Of a stretch of DNA of 64,000 nt, positions 1-8,834 are shown in pieces. Under the pieces are notes generated by a model. It searched no databases. It saw nothing but the letters and a program-made list of their open reading frames with translations, and had not been told where the DNA came from. The position numbers and the translations under genes are program-made. How positions within the stretch are numbered: position 1 is the stretch's first letter; the number at the start of each line of letters is the position of its first letter. Source of the DNA: an uncultured Chloroflexia bacterium (lineage in GTDB: Bacteria; Chloroflexota; Anaerolineae; CG2-30-64-16); contig CAWEMM010000007.1 in NCBI GenBank assembly GCA_963810095.1, positions 96,001-160,000 on the forward strand. Direction: 5' to 3'.

Positions 1-1490
1 AGGATTTCGAGCGCGTTGACCAGGCGCAGGCGGGTGAAGCTTGGTTCGATCACTTCGTCGATCTGGCCCATATCCGCCGCGGCATACGGGTTGTGGAAGC
101 GGTCGACGTAATCCTGCAGCAATTGTTTGCGCAGCGCGATGGGATCGGCGGCCTTGCGCAGCTCTTCCCGGTAGAGGATGTTGATCGCGCCTTCCGGCCC
201 CATCACCGCAATCTCGGCGCTCGGCCAGGCGTAGGCCAGGTCCGTGCGCATCTGCTTGCTGCTCATGGCGATGTAGGCGCCGCCCATGGCCTTGCGGATG
301 ACCACGCTGACCTTGGGCACGGTCGCCTCGCAGTAGGCGTAGATCACCTTCGCACCGTGGCGGATGATGCCGCCGTGCTCCTGCGCGACGCCGGGCATGT
401 AGCCGGGGGTGTCGACGAAGGTGATGATCGGCAGATTGAACGCGTCGCAGAAGCGCACCCAGCGCGCGATTTTGTCCGAGGAGTCGATGTCGAGCACGCC
501 GGCCAGGGACATGGGCTGGTTGGCCACCACGCCCACCGGGAAACCGTCGAGACGGGCCAGGCCGATCAAGGCGTTCTTGGCGTAGTGTGCGTGAACCTCG
601 AGGAAGCTGCCGCGATCGAACACGCTCGAGATGACCTGCCGCATGTCGTACGGCTGGCTCGAGTCCTCCGGCACCAGCCGGTCGAGCATGTCGTCGCGGC
701 GGCCCGGGTCGTCGTAGGGCTGAACCCGCGGCGGGTCCTCGCTGTTGTTCTGGGGCAGATATGAGAGGATTTCCTTCACGAGACGGAACGCGGCCATCTC
801 GTCGTCGGCCGCGAAGTGCGCCACGCCGGAAAGCGTGTTGTGGGCCACCGCGCCGCCGAGCGTGTCGAAGTCGACCTGCTCGCCCGTGACCGCCTTGATC
901 ACGTCCGGCCCGGTAATGAACATGTAGCCGGTCTTGCGGACCATGACGATGAAGTCGGTCAGTGCGGGCGAATAGACCGCACCGCCCGCGCAGGGGCCCA
1001 TCTGCACGCTGATCTGGGGCACCACGCCCGAGGCCATGACGTTGCGCACGAAGAGCTCGCCGTACGCGGCCAGCGACCGCACGCCCTCCTGGATGCGCGC
1101 GCCGCCCGAGTCGAGCAGCCCGACGACGGGGATGCCGCTCTCCATCGCCAGCTCCATCACGCGGCAGACCTTCTGCGATTGCACTTCGGAGAAGGAGCCG
1201 CCCAAGATGGTGAAGTCCTGCGCGTAGACAGCGACCCGCCGGCCGTCGATTTTCGCAAACCCGGTCACAACGCCGTCGCCGGGGAAGCGCTTCTCGTCCA
1301 TCCCGAAGTCGCTGAAGTGGTGGGTGGCAAGCCGGCCCAGTTCCTGGAACGTGCCCGAATCGACGAGCGCCTCGATGCGCTCGCGGGCGGTCAGCTTGCC
1401 CCGGTTGTGCTGGTCGTCGATGCGGGCCTGTCCGCCGCCCAACTTGGCCTTGGCGCGCATGTCGCGCAGTTCCGTGAGTTTATCCTTCAT
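1..1490 (-). CDS. Acyl-CoA carboxylase carboxyltransferase (beta) subunit, PccB/MmdA family; 3' end runs off the window
   Basis: Manual translation from ATG at 1490: MKDKLTELRDMRAKAKLGGGQARIDDQHNRGKLTARERIEALVD...PGDGVVTG...QDFTILGGS...DSGGARIQEG...GPCAGGAVY. Absent from the ORF track because no stop lies in the window. Confidence 0.93.
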   Translation of the reverse strand, partial: MKDKLTELRDMRAKAKLGGGQARIDDQHNRGKLTARERIEALVDSGTFQELGRLATHHFSDFGMDEKRFPGDGVVTGFAKIDGRRVAVYAQDFTILGGSFSEVQSQKVCRVMELAMESGIPVVGLLDSGGARIQEGVRSLAAYGELFVRNVMASGVVPQISVQMGPCAGGAVYSPALTDFIVMVRKTGYMFITGPDVIKAVTGEQVDFDTLGGAVAHNTLSGVAHFAADDEMAAFRLVKEILSYLPQNNSEDPPRVQPYDDPGRRDDMLDRLVPEDSSQPYDMRQVISSVFDRGSFLEVHAHYAKNALIGLARLDGFPVGVVANQPMSLAGVLDIDSSDKIARWVRFCDAFNLPIITFVDTPGYMPGVAQEHGGIIRHGAKVIYAYCEATVPKVSVVIRKAMGGAYIAMSSKQMRTDLAYAWPSAEIAVMGPEGAINILYREELRKAADPIALRKQLLQDYVDRFHNPYAAADMGQIDEVIEPSFTRLRLVNALEI

Positions 1491-1505
1491 ATGAGAGCCC
1501 TTTTC

Positions 1506-1540
1506 TTGCCGCCGTGGGACTGAGTGTGCTATAATGCCGG
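1506..1540 (+). promoter_or_regulatory. Sigma70-type promoter of tRNA-Ser(CGA)
   Basis: TTGCCG (1506-1511), 18-bp spacer, extended -10 TGcTATAAT (TATAAT 1530-1535), GC-rich discriminator GCCGG. Confidence 0.7.
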
Positions 1541-1575
1541 TATCGGTCAGACACGGCCGATACCGCACCGTTGCT

Positions 1576-1662
1576 GGAGAGGTCGCATAGTTGGCCTAGT
1601 GCGCGCGTCTCGAAAACGCGTATCCTCGAAAGGGATCGTGGGTTCGAATCCCACCCTCTCCG
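1576..1662 (+). tRNA. tRNA-Ser(CGA)
   Basis: Acceptor stem GGAGAGG/CCTCTCC, anticodon arm cgcgt-ctCGAaa-acgcg, long variable arm, T loop GGTTCGAATCC, discriminator G. Confidence 0.97.
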
Positions 1663-1693
1663 CTCATGTAGCGCAAGTGCGCTACAAAGAATG

Positions 1694-1724
1694 AAGAACC
1701 CCACCATGCGTGGGGTTTCTTTGT
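1694..1724 (+). terminator. Intrinsic terminator after tRNA-Ser(CGA)
   Basis: Hairpin aaccccac-catgc-gtggggtt followed by tctttgtt. Confidence 0.7.
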
Positions 1725-2060
1725 TAAGGCCGTCCGTTTTTCCGACATCGAGTTTCCTTGGCGACCGCATTGTCGGGTCCTATTCTAGCGACGGAAGGCA
1801 CGAGGGGCTATGACCATCATCATAAGGAGCGCAGTTCTTCCAAAGAAGTCGGGCACCCGGGGTCCAAAGCCCTGGCGGCGCCGGCGGGTATGCGCTGACC
1901 TCACCTTTGGTCCGTGATATTCACAAATGTCGCACTTGTCCGTATCTATTTCGATACTCCGACGTTCGTTATCTCAGCCAATGCTGCAGCCGCAGGCTTG
2001 CGTGCCAGCCACACTCACGGTTAGCCGGCGGGACGGAGACGGTTCTCCGAGCCGCGCGGC

Positions 2061-2441
2061 GTGAAAGACAACTCCGTGACGGTACGACTCATGCTCGTGG
2101 ACGACTCGCCGTTTATCCGGAAGGGACTGCGGCTGCTGCTGCAGACGCAGCCGGACTTTGTCGTCGTGGGTGAGGCCAGCGACGGGGCGGCTGCCGTGCA
2201 TCTTTCCAGGGTGCTCCAGCCCGATGTCATCCTGATGGACGTCCACATGCCGGGCGTCAACGGCATCGCCGCGACGACGCAGATCATGGCTGCCGATCCT
2301 TCTGCCCGGGTTGTGATCCTCTCTGTCGAAGACAGCGACGAGTCTCGGGCGCGGGCCGCCGAAGCCGGGGCCTCTGCCTTCCTCGGCAAATCGGGCAGGG
2401 CCGAGGAGTTGTGGGGAGCGATCCGGGCCGCGATTGGCTGA
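2061..2441 (+). CDS. Stand-alone response regulator receiver domain (NarL-like REC, no output domain)
   Basis: LVDD, PDVILMDVHMPGVNG, ILS and FLGK receiver motifs in 126 aa. Confidence 0.88.
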   Translation: MKDNSVTVRLMLVDDSPFIRKGLRLLLQTQPDFVVVGEASDGAAAVHLSRVLQPDVILMDVHMPGVNGIAATTQIMAADPSARVVILSVEDSDESRARAAEAGASAFLGKSGRAEELWGAIRAAIG

Positions 2442-2477
2442 GGCCATCATGCTGGACGATCTCCATGGTCCGGGGGA

Positions 2478-3127
2478 TCACCGGGTCCGGTGCGCTTGGG
2501 CCTTCTTATCGGCAATGATGGCGTAGCGTTCGTCAGTTACGCGCTTGCCCCACAACTCCAGCCTATCGCTCAATGGCTCGGCCGCGACCAACCTAACCGA
2601 GCGCGGGAGTTCTGCGATCAGCGTGTCTTCTGGTATTCCCGCCCCGGCTGACCAGTTACCCTCAATCAGAACAAGCCGTCCTGCGGGCCGCAGCAGGCCG
2701 GTCCACCGGTCGAGCACCCGCTCTGGCTCAGGCAGCGCCCACAGCACGTGGCGGCACACGATCACATCGAACGACGCCTCCGGCAACCTCGGGGCCGCGG
2801 CGTCCATGACCAGGAAGCGCGGGGGGTTGGGGAAGCCCGCCGCCTTGGCCGCAGCCCGCTCGATCATGGCGGGCGAGAAGTCGATGCCCGTCACGGCATG
2901 GCCCAGGTGCGCGAGCACGAGGCTGAGCGATCCTGTGCCGCAGCCCACGTCGAGCACGGCCGCCGGCGCGGATTGGGCAGCCAATCCCGCAGCAACTCCG
3001 TCCACGCGTGCAGCACCTGCGGGTCGCGGAGCCCGTGGTCAGGCTCGTCGTCGAACGTTGCGGCGGCCGCGTCCCAGTACCGCTGCGCATCCGATCTCCG
3101 GTCCCCATCGCGTCCGTTTCCATTCAT
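2478..3127 (-). CDS. Class I SAM-dependent methyltransferase (split by one frameshift near 2980)
   Basis: N-terminus YWDAAAATFDDEPDHGL in ORF 2891-3127 continues as VLDVGCGTG...FDVIVCRHVLW in ORF 2478-3005. Confidence 0.85.
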
Positions 3128-3233
3128 TGCGTCCTCCGCGAATCTCGTCCACAGTCTCGCAACGCCGCACGTCCGCCCCCCGCGCCCTCGCGGCCTTGAC
3201 GAATCCCTTCTCTCGGGCTACAGTCACCGGCCT

Positions 3234-3759
3234 ATGGAGAACCCACCCGTGCTGTACATTTTCGGCGGCCTGCCCGGCACAGGCAAATCGACCCTCGCGC
3301 GCCGCCTCGCGCTCCGCCTTCACGCCATCCACCTGCGCATCGACACCATCGAGCAGGCCATCCGTGAGGCGGGGGGTGCTGTCACTGGCGGCGAGGGATA
3401 CAACGTCGCTTACCGCCTCGCTGCGGACAACTTGCGCCTCGGGTTCAGCGTCGTCGCCGACTCTGTCAACCCCTGGCCGCTCACGCGGGCGGCGTGGCGG
3501 GGCGTGGCACTCGAGCGCGGGTGCCCGCTACGTCGAAATCGAAGTCGTCTGCTCCGATCCGCTCGAGCACCGCCACCGCGTCGAGACGCGGACAGCGGAT
3601 ATCGATGACTTCCGGCTGCCAAGCTGGGACGACGTCGTCAACCGGGATTACCGGCTCTGGGACGACGAGCACATCACCCTCGATACAGCCGGTCAGGCTG
3701 CGGACGAGAGCTTCGCAAGCCTGGTGCTCGCCTTGGGCGATCAGGCCTCAACCCCCTGA
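3234..3759 (+). CDS. AAA_33-type P-loop kinase (frameshift near 3525)
   Basis: MENPPVLYIFGGLPGTGKSTLAR...DSVNP then IEVVCSDPLEHRHRVETR in a second frame; TTGACG-17-TACAGT promoter at 3196-3224. Confidence 0.85.
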
Positions 3760-4268
3760 ATCTCCGGCGTAATCGCCGAAGGGGGTAAGTCCTGCTTAGG
3801 AATAACGCTGAAGCTCCCGTCGCTTTCGAGGATGATGGCCTCAATCTCCTCCATTGCACCGTGGCCCTTCTCGCGCACGGCCTCGCGTACCTCTTCCTCG
3901 GTGACGCGCTGCTTCTTGAGCGCCTCGTCCAGCATCCGCCCGTTGCGATAGAGCAGGGTCGGGCTGTGCTTGAACAGCCGGTGCGCCGTCTTCGACCGGG
4001 CGGAAAGGAGTGACACAAGGCCCTGCAGCAGGAACAGCAGGACATACACGGTGATACCCTGGGCCAGGGACACCTCAGGGTTGAGCACCGTGTCCGCGAA
4101 CGTGGTTCCGAGCGCAGTCATCACCAAAAGCTCGAACCCGCTCATCTTTGCCAGGGTCCGCTTGCCCGTCATGCGCAGGATCGCGATCACAATCGGGTAC
4201 AGGCACAGCGTCATCACCGCGGTCCGTAACAGCTTGTCCCAGCCGTTAAAGAACAACTCCCCGTTCAT
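3741..4268 (-). CDS. DUF421/YetF-domain membrane protein
   Basis: LRMTGKRTLAKMS, three TM segments, PTLLYRNG...ILESDGSFSVI. Confidence 0.88.
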   Translation of the reverse strand: MNGELFFNGWDKLLRTAVMTLCLYPIVIAILRMTGKRTLAKMSGFELLVMTALGTTFADTVLNPEVSLAQGITVYVLLFLLQGLVSLLSARSKTAHRLFKHSPTLLYRNGRMLDEALKKQRVTEEEVREAVREKGHGAMEEIEAIILESDGSFSVIPKQDLPPSAITPEIQGVEA

Positions 4269-4429
4269 GCTCCCTCCACAACTTCTACAACCAGGTTGAA
4301 GGATGGCAACGAGCATTGACCATCGCTGGTTCCCCCAAGGAGAGGCGTCCTATGCGGCATCACTCCGCACCCGATTTGGCTGGTGTCGCACCGTGCCCCA
4401 GCGCGTTCTCCCATCGACTTCCAGCCCAT

Positions 4430-4460
4430 TTGACATAGTTGGTGTAACTTAAGTTATAAT
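4430..4460 (+). promoter_or_regulatory. Consensus promoter with a 19-bp spacer (MerR-family-type architecture), probably leaderless
   Basis: TTGACA 4430-4435, TATAAT 4455-4460, palindrome TAACTTAAGTTA 4445-4456; ATG 8 nt after the -10 with no SD. Confidence 0.7.
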
Positions 4461-4468
4461 ATTCTCCC

Positions 4469-5698
4469 ATGAACGAGATTCTCCTCGCTTTTGTCACCGG
4501 TCTCACAACAGGTGGCCTCAGTTGTCTTGCCGTCCAGGGCGGGTTGCTGGCGGGCTCAATTGCGCACGAGGTCGAGCAGAACGTGGCCGGCGTGCCTATC
4601 CCAGTGCCCGCGGACACGGGCAAGAAGCCACAGCGCAAAGATGGCGCGCCGCCGGCCAAGGGGAAGCGGTACGCGGCAAGCAGCGCGGCGATTCCCGCTG
4701 CGCAAGCCCCTGTCGAGCGTCCACGCGCCGCCCGCCCCATCGTCCTCTTCCTGGGCGCGAAGGTCATTGCCTATACGGCGCTGGGCTTTTTGCTGGGCCT
4801 GCTCGGCTCGGTTTTCCAACTGACCACGACGATGCGGGTGGCCTTGCAGGTCGGCATCGGCATCTTTATGGTCGGCAATGCGCTGCGGATGCTCGACGTG
4901 CACCCGATCTTCCGCTATTTCGCACTGGAACCACCGCGCTTCATCACCCGCTACATCCGCCGCAAGTCAAAGGGTGAGGTGACGGACGCTACGCCCATCT
5001 TCCTCGGCGCGATGACCGTTCTCATTCCGTGCGGGGTGACCCAGGCAATGATGGCCGTGGCGATCGCATCGGGCAGCCCGGTTGTCGGCGCGACCACCAT
5101 GTTTGCGTTCACGCTCGGCACGACGCCCGTGTTCTTTGCCTTGGCCTACCTGGCCACCCGGCTGGGCCAGCGGATGGAGAAGAGCTTCATGCGGGTGGCC
5201 GCAATCGTCGTGCTCGTGCTCGGATTGATCAGCATCGACGCGGCGCTCACACTGGCGGGCTTCCCCTACTCGGTTACGAATCTGCGGATGGCGATGCGAG
5301 CGAACTCGGCGCCCGCGGCCGTGGTGGAGAACGAGCGCCCGCTGCACGCCGACCCGCTGGCGGCTGCTCCAACGCCGGGCGCCGCGGGCGCGGGCGGACT
5401 CACCTCGGCCTTCGGTGCGCAAGCAGGACCGGGCACGGTCGTCATCAATGTGAACAGCGACGGCTACTCCCCGCAGGTCGCGCGCGCCCAGGCGAACGTG
5501 CCCGTAAAGCTCAACATGGTGAGCAAGGAGACGTACAGCTGCGCCCGGGCGCTGGTCATCCCGGCGCTGAACGTGCAGGAACTCCTGCCCGAATCGGGCA
5601 CGGTCACCATCGACATTCCGCCGCAGCCCGCCGGCAGCAAGCTGTTCTACAGCTGCTCCATGGGCATGTACAGCGGCGTCATCGTATTCGAGGGGTGA
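4469..5698 (+). CDS. TauE/SafE (DsbD_2)-family membrane protein with C-terminal cupredoxin-like domain; probable copper/heavy-metal handling
   Basis: GGLSCLAVQGG, IPCGVTQAM, multiple TM helices, C-terminal YSCARAL...YSCSMGMYSG. Confidence 0.85.
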   Translation: MNEILLAFVTGLTTGGLSCLAVQGGLLAGSIAHEVEQNVAGVPIPVPADTGKKPQRKDGAPPAKGKRYAASSAAIPAAQAPVERPRAARPIVLFLGAKVIAYTALGFLLGLLGSVFQLTTTMRVALQVGIGIFMVGNALRMLDVHPIFRYFALEPPRFITRYIRRKSKGEVTDATPIFLGAMTVLIPCGVTQAMMAVAIASGSPVVGATTMFAFTLGTTPVFFALAYLATRLGQRMEKSFMRVAAIVVLVLGLISIDAALTLAGFPYSVTNLRMAMRANSAPAAVVENERPLHADPLAAAPTPGAAGAGGLTSAFGAQAGPGTVVINVNSDGYSPQVARAQANVPVKLNMVSKETYSCARALVIPALNVQELLPESGTVTIDIPPQPAGSKLFYSCSMGMYSGVIVFEG

Positions 5699-5705
5699 GT
5701 GAGAG

Positions 5706-5912
5706 ATGGTGAAGCAGGTCTTCCGGGTGTTGGATATGCATTGCACGAACTGCGTGATGACGATCGAAGGGCTCGAGGACGACTTGCCCGGCGTCAAGTC
5801 CGTGCGGGCCAGCTACCAGCGAGGCACGGTCGAGGTGGAGTACGACGAGAAGCGGCTGACCGAGGCGAAGATCAGGGAATCCATCACGGGATTGGGCTAC
5901 ACCGTCGCCTGA
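5706..5912 (+). CDS. Heavy-metal-associated (HMA, CopZ-like) chaperone
   Basis: 68 aa with MHCTNC (CxxC) and C-terminal LGY. Confidence 0.9.
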   Translation: MVKQVFRVLDMHCTNCVMTIEGLEDDLPGVKSVRASYQRGTVEVEYDEKRLTEAKIRESITGLGYTVA

Positions 5913-5938
5913 AGGCTTAGCCCCTCATGCGAAACACC

Positions 5939-5969
5939 GGCCGGAAGGGAGCACGCGCTCCTTCCGGCC
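5939..5969. terminator. Hairpin between convergent genes
   Basis: ggccggaaggg-agcacgcgct-ccttccggcc. Confidence 0.6.
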
Positions 5970-7643
5970 TTATTTTATCCTGTACAGCACCGCGAGCCCT
6001 GCCCCCGCATCCACTGCCGCGACGAACTCCAGCTCGGCCGGCGCTTGGGCCGGGTCGAGCAGCGCGGCAAGCTGGGGCCGCAGCTTGACCTCGTTCTGAT
6101 CTACCGCGATGAACTGTGCGCCCTTGCGACGGGCGTACGCCAGCACTTCGTCCCAGCTTGCCGCGGGCGTCGGCGCCCACGCCGCATTCGCATGGAAGGC
6201 GATCGCTGGGTAGCGGGCGAGCAGCCGCACTTCGCCGCCCCCCGCCGCCTCGGCCAGCTTTTGTGCAATGGCGAGGTGGGCCGGCTGGAACGAGCCTGTG
6301 ACCTGCAGCCGCGCCCGCAGGCGCGGCCCGTCGAACAGCAGGAACGCCAGGAGTAGGACGAGCGGCACCGCGGTCCACGCCCAATGCAGCGCCTTGGCGT
6401 CCCTCGAGGGACGCACCAACGCACCCACCGACTGGCCCAGCCAGTCTCCTAGCTGCACGATTCCCCCGGCAATCCAGACGATGGCAGGCAGAAGCGCGAC
6501 GGCGATGTACCGGTCCTGGATGAAGAAGGGCAGGAAGCTGAGCGCGCCGACCAGCGAAGTGATGAGCATGAGCTCGCCGCGCAGCCGGCGCAGGCTCCAC
6601 GCCCGGGCAAACAGGCCGAGGGCGATCAGGGGCAGCAGCCACCAGTGAACGAGCCGGGGGCTGATGAGGGTCTGGACGAAGTCGCGGACGTTGGTGCGGA
6701 CGAGCCTGACGAACCCGCGGGGGTCGGCGGCGATCGCGCGGGGCAGGCTCTCGCTTTCGCTCGCGGGTGAGAACAGGTACACCTCGCCGCTCGCCGGGTC
6801 GATGCCCCAGGTCGCCTTATCGAACGTTGCCATGTCGTTCGTGGCGAGGCTGCGCGCGCTGACGTAGGCCGCGCCCGACTCGTCGGCCAACTGCCATTGG
6901 CCGGTTTCCGCATGCATGGCGAGGACGTACGGCGTGATGACCAGTCCGAATGCAAGGAGTGCCAGCCCCGCGCCGGCCAGGCTCGCGGCCAGGGGCCGGC
7001 GCACGGGCGTATCGTGGGGGCGGAGGAATACGGAGATCAGGACCGCGACGGCCAGCCCGGCCGCCAGCAGGATGAGGGCCTCCGTGCGTACGAGGTAGGC
7101 GAGCCCAAGCGCCGCGCCCGCGAGGATCATAAGATGGGCCTTGCCGTCCTGCACCGCGGCGACGAGCGCCCACCACGCACACGCGACGAGCAGCAGGTAG
7201 AGCGGCTCGGTCATGGTGCCCCAATAGAGCGGCCCCACGACGAGCGCGGGGAAGACCGCCGCAACGAGCCCGGCAGCGAGTCCGGCGGCTTCGCCCGACA
7301 GCCGGCGCGCGATGCCCCAGGCGGGCAGCACCAGCAGTGCGCCGCAGAGGACATGTAGCGCGTCGCTGCCCACCATCAAAGCGTGTGTTCCCGAAATGCC
7401 GAACAGCCCGGCGATCTTTGCCAGGACGGCTGCGGCAAGCGGGAAGAGCGGCGCAAAGTGCACGCCCGAAATCCCGAAGAATTGGTAGCCCTGCCCCTCC
7501 AGAAGGCTGCGCCCCAGCCAGAGGTAGAACGGCTCGTCGCCCCAGACGATGCGCGACTGGGCGGCGGCATAAATGCGGACGGCGGCGGCGAGCAGCACAA
7601 GCAAGGCAAGCAGCCACCGGCGGCGTGTTTGGGTCAAGGTCAT
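5970..7643 (-). CDS. GT-C fold glycosyltransferase (PMT/ArnT-like, family 39)
   Basis: First TM followed by WGDEPFY, then TEPLY, LAYLVRTE, QDRY; polytopic. Start placed at MTLTQ. Confidence 0.8.
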   Translation of the reverse strand: MTLTQTRRRWLLALLVLLAAAVRIYAAAQSRIVWGDEPFYLWLGRSLLEGQGYQFFGISGVHFAPLFPLAAAVLAKIAGLFGISGTHALMVGSDALHVLCGALLVLPAWGIARRLSGEAAGLAAGLVAAVFPALVVGPLYWGTMTEPLYLLLVACAWWALVAAVQDGKAHLMILAGAALGLAYLVRTEALILLAAGLAVAVLISVFLRPHDTPVRRPLAASLAGAGLALLAFGLVITPYVLAMHAETGQWQLADESGAAYVSARSLATNDMATFDKATWGIDPASGEVYLFSPASESESLPRAIAADPRGFVRLVRTNVRDFVQTLISPRLVHWWLLPLIALGLFARAWSLRRLRGELMLITSLVGALSFLPFFIQDRYIAVALLPAIVWIAGGIVQLGDWLGQSVGALVRPSRDAKALHWAWTAVPLVLLLAFLLFDGPRLRARLQVTGSFQPAHLAIAQKLAEAAGGGEVRLLARYPAIAFHANAAWAPTPAASWDEVLAYARRKGAQFIAVDQNEVKLRPQLAALLDPAQAPAELEFVAAVDAGAGLAVLYRIK

Positions 7644-7785
7644 GGTGTGAGTTGAGGCTCCTGTCCTGTTAGGAGAATGATAACCCGTGGAGGACATCAG
7701 GTGGAAATTCGTCTTGGACGGTTTGGGCATATAATCCCATCTATCAGCGCACCGGTTTCCTCGACAACACACCTGGGAGCGTTCT

Positions 7786-8592
7786 GTGCCACTTGACGAA
7801 TTTGCCCTCATTCAGCTTGCGCTTAAGATCGGCGCCGCGATCCTGGTTTTTCTGGTCGGCCGTTGGCTTGCGGGACGAGCGCGCAAGACGCTAACGACAA
7901 CGCTAGGCAAGACGACACTTGCGCCGTCCATGGCGCGCTTGCTCGAGCTGGCCGCGTATTACGGCATCCTGCTGGTGACAGGGATCGTCTCGCTGGCGCT
8001 GGTCGGTTTCCCGGTGTCGGCCCTGCTCAGTGCTTCCTTGATCATCGTGGTGATCCTGGGGGTGGCGCTCCAGCAATCCATCAGCAACCTGGCAGCGACG
8101 ATTGTCTTCATGCTGTTTCAGCCTTTCCGCCTGGGCGAGCTGATCGAGGGCAACGGGGTTCTCGGCGTGGTGAAGGAGATTCAGCTGTTCAGCACGGTGA
8201 TCGTGACGGGCGACAACCGTGAGATCACGGTGCCGAACGCCAAAATTCAGGGGAACAACCTCGTGAACTACACCCGGCTGGGTCGTCTGCGGGTCGATTT
8301 CGAGTTCAGCGTGAGCTACACGGATGACCTGGGCAAGGCGAAACGGGTGTTGGCCGACATCCTGTCTGCTGAGCCGCGCGTGCTGGCCGAACCCGCGGCG
8401 TTGATCTTCGTGAAGTCGCTCGATGACAGCGGGGTGAGCATTGCCGTGCGCCCGTGGGTGCAGCCCGAGGACTATTGGACGCTGCAATGGGATCTTCCAG
8501 AGCGAATCAAGCTGCGCTTTGACGCTGAGGGTATCACGATCCCCTTCCCCCAGCGCGACGTGCACATGATCCCCGCCACGCCCGGGCGATAG
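7786..8592 (+). CDS. mscS: Small-conductance mechanosensitive channel
   Basis: GVALQQSISNLAA, QPFRLGELI, VPNAKI, ITIPFPQRDVH. Confidence 0.92.
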   Translation: MPLDEFALIQLALKIGAAILVFLVGRWLAGRARKTLTTTLGKTTLAPSMARLLELAAYYGILLVTGIVSLALVGFPVSALLSASLIIVVILGVALQQSISNLAATIVFMLFQPFRLGELIEGNGVLGVVKEIQLFSTVIVTGDNREITVPNAKIQGNNLVNYTRLGRLRVDFEFSVSYTDDLGKAKRVLADILSAEPRVLAEPAALIFVKSLDDSGVSIAVRPWVQPEDYWTLQWDLPERIKLRFDAEGITIPFPQRDVHMIPATPGR

Positions 8593-8601
8593 GGGTTCTA
8601 T

Positions 8602-8630
8602 TTGACTCAAAGTGGGCTTACGCGTAGAAT
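8602..8630 (+). promoter_or_regulatory. Promoter of tRNA-Ser(GGA)
   Basis: TTGACT (8602-8607), 17 bp, TAGAAT (8625-8630). Confidence 0.75.
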
Positions 8631-8645
8631 TGCCCTACAAAGCCG

Positions 8646-8732
8646 GGAGAGGTCGCATAGTTCGGTCTAGTGCGCGCGATTGGAAATCGCGTATCCTGCA
8701 AGGGATCGAGGGTTCAAATCCCTCCCTCTCCG
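8646..8732 (+). tRNA. tRNA-Ser(GGA), intact; attL of the integrated element
   Basis: GGAGAGG/CCTCTCC acceptor stem, cgcga-ttGGAaa-tcgcg anticodon arm, long variable arm, GGTTCAAATCC. Confidence 0.97.
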
Positions 8733-8738
8733 CCTAAT

Positions 8739-8780
8739 AAACGAGCAGACACTGTGTGTTGTGTCTGCTCGTTTGCTTTT
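8739..8780 (+). terminator. Element-supplied terminator after the restored tRNA
   Basis: aaacgagcagacac-tgtgtgtt-gtgtctgctcgttt followed by gctttt. Confidence 0.8.
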
Positions 8781-8834
8781 ACTACTGCTTGTGGTAGGCC
8801 ACCTTAACGACCTTGAAAGGTCGAGGAGGAAGCC

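Noticed and set aside
93-1523. Plus-strand ORFs 93-764 and 816-1523
   Set aside because: Antisense shadows of the minus-strand carboxyltransferase gene.
1663-8645. Second integrated island at tRNA-Ser(CGA)
   Set aside because: No integrase and no duplicated 3' fragment of that tRNA were found.
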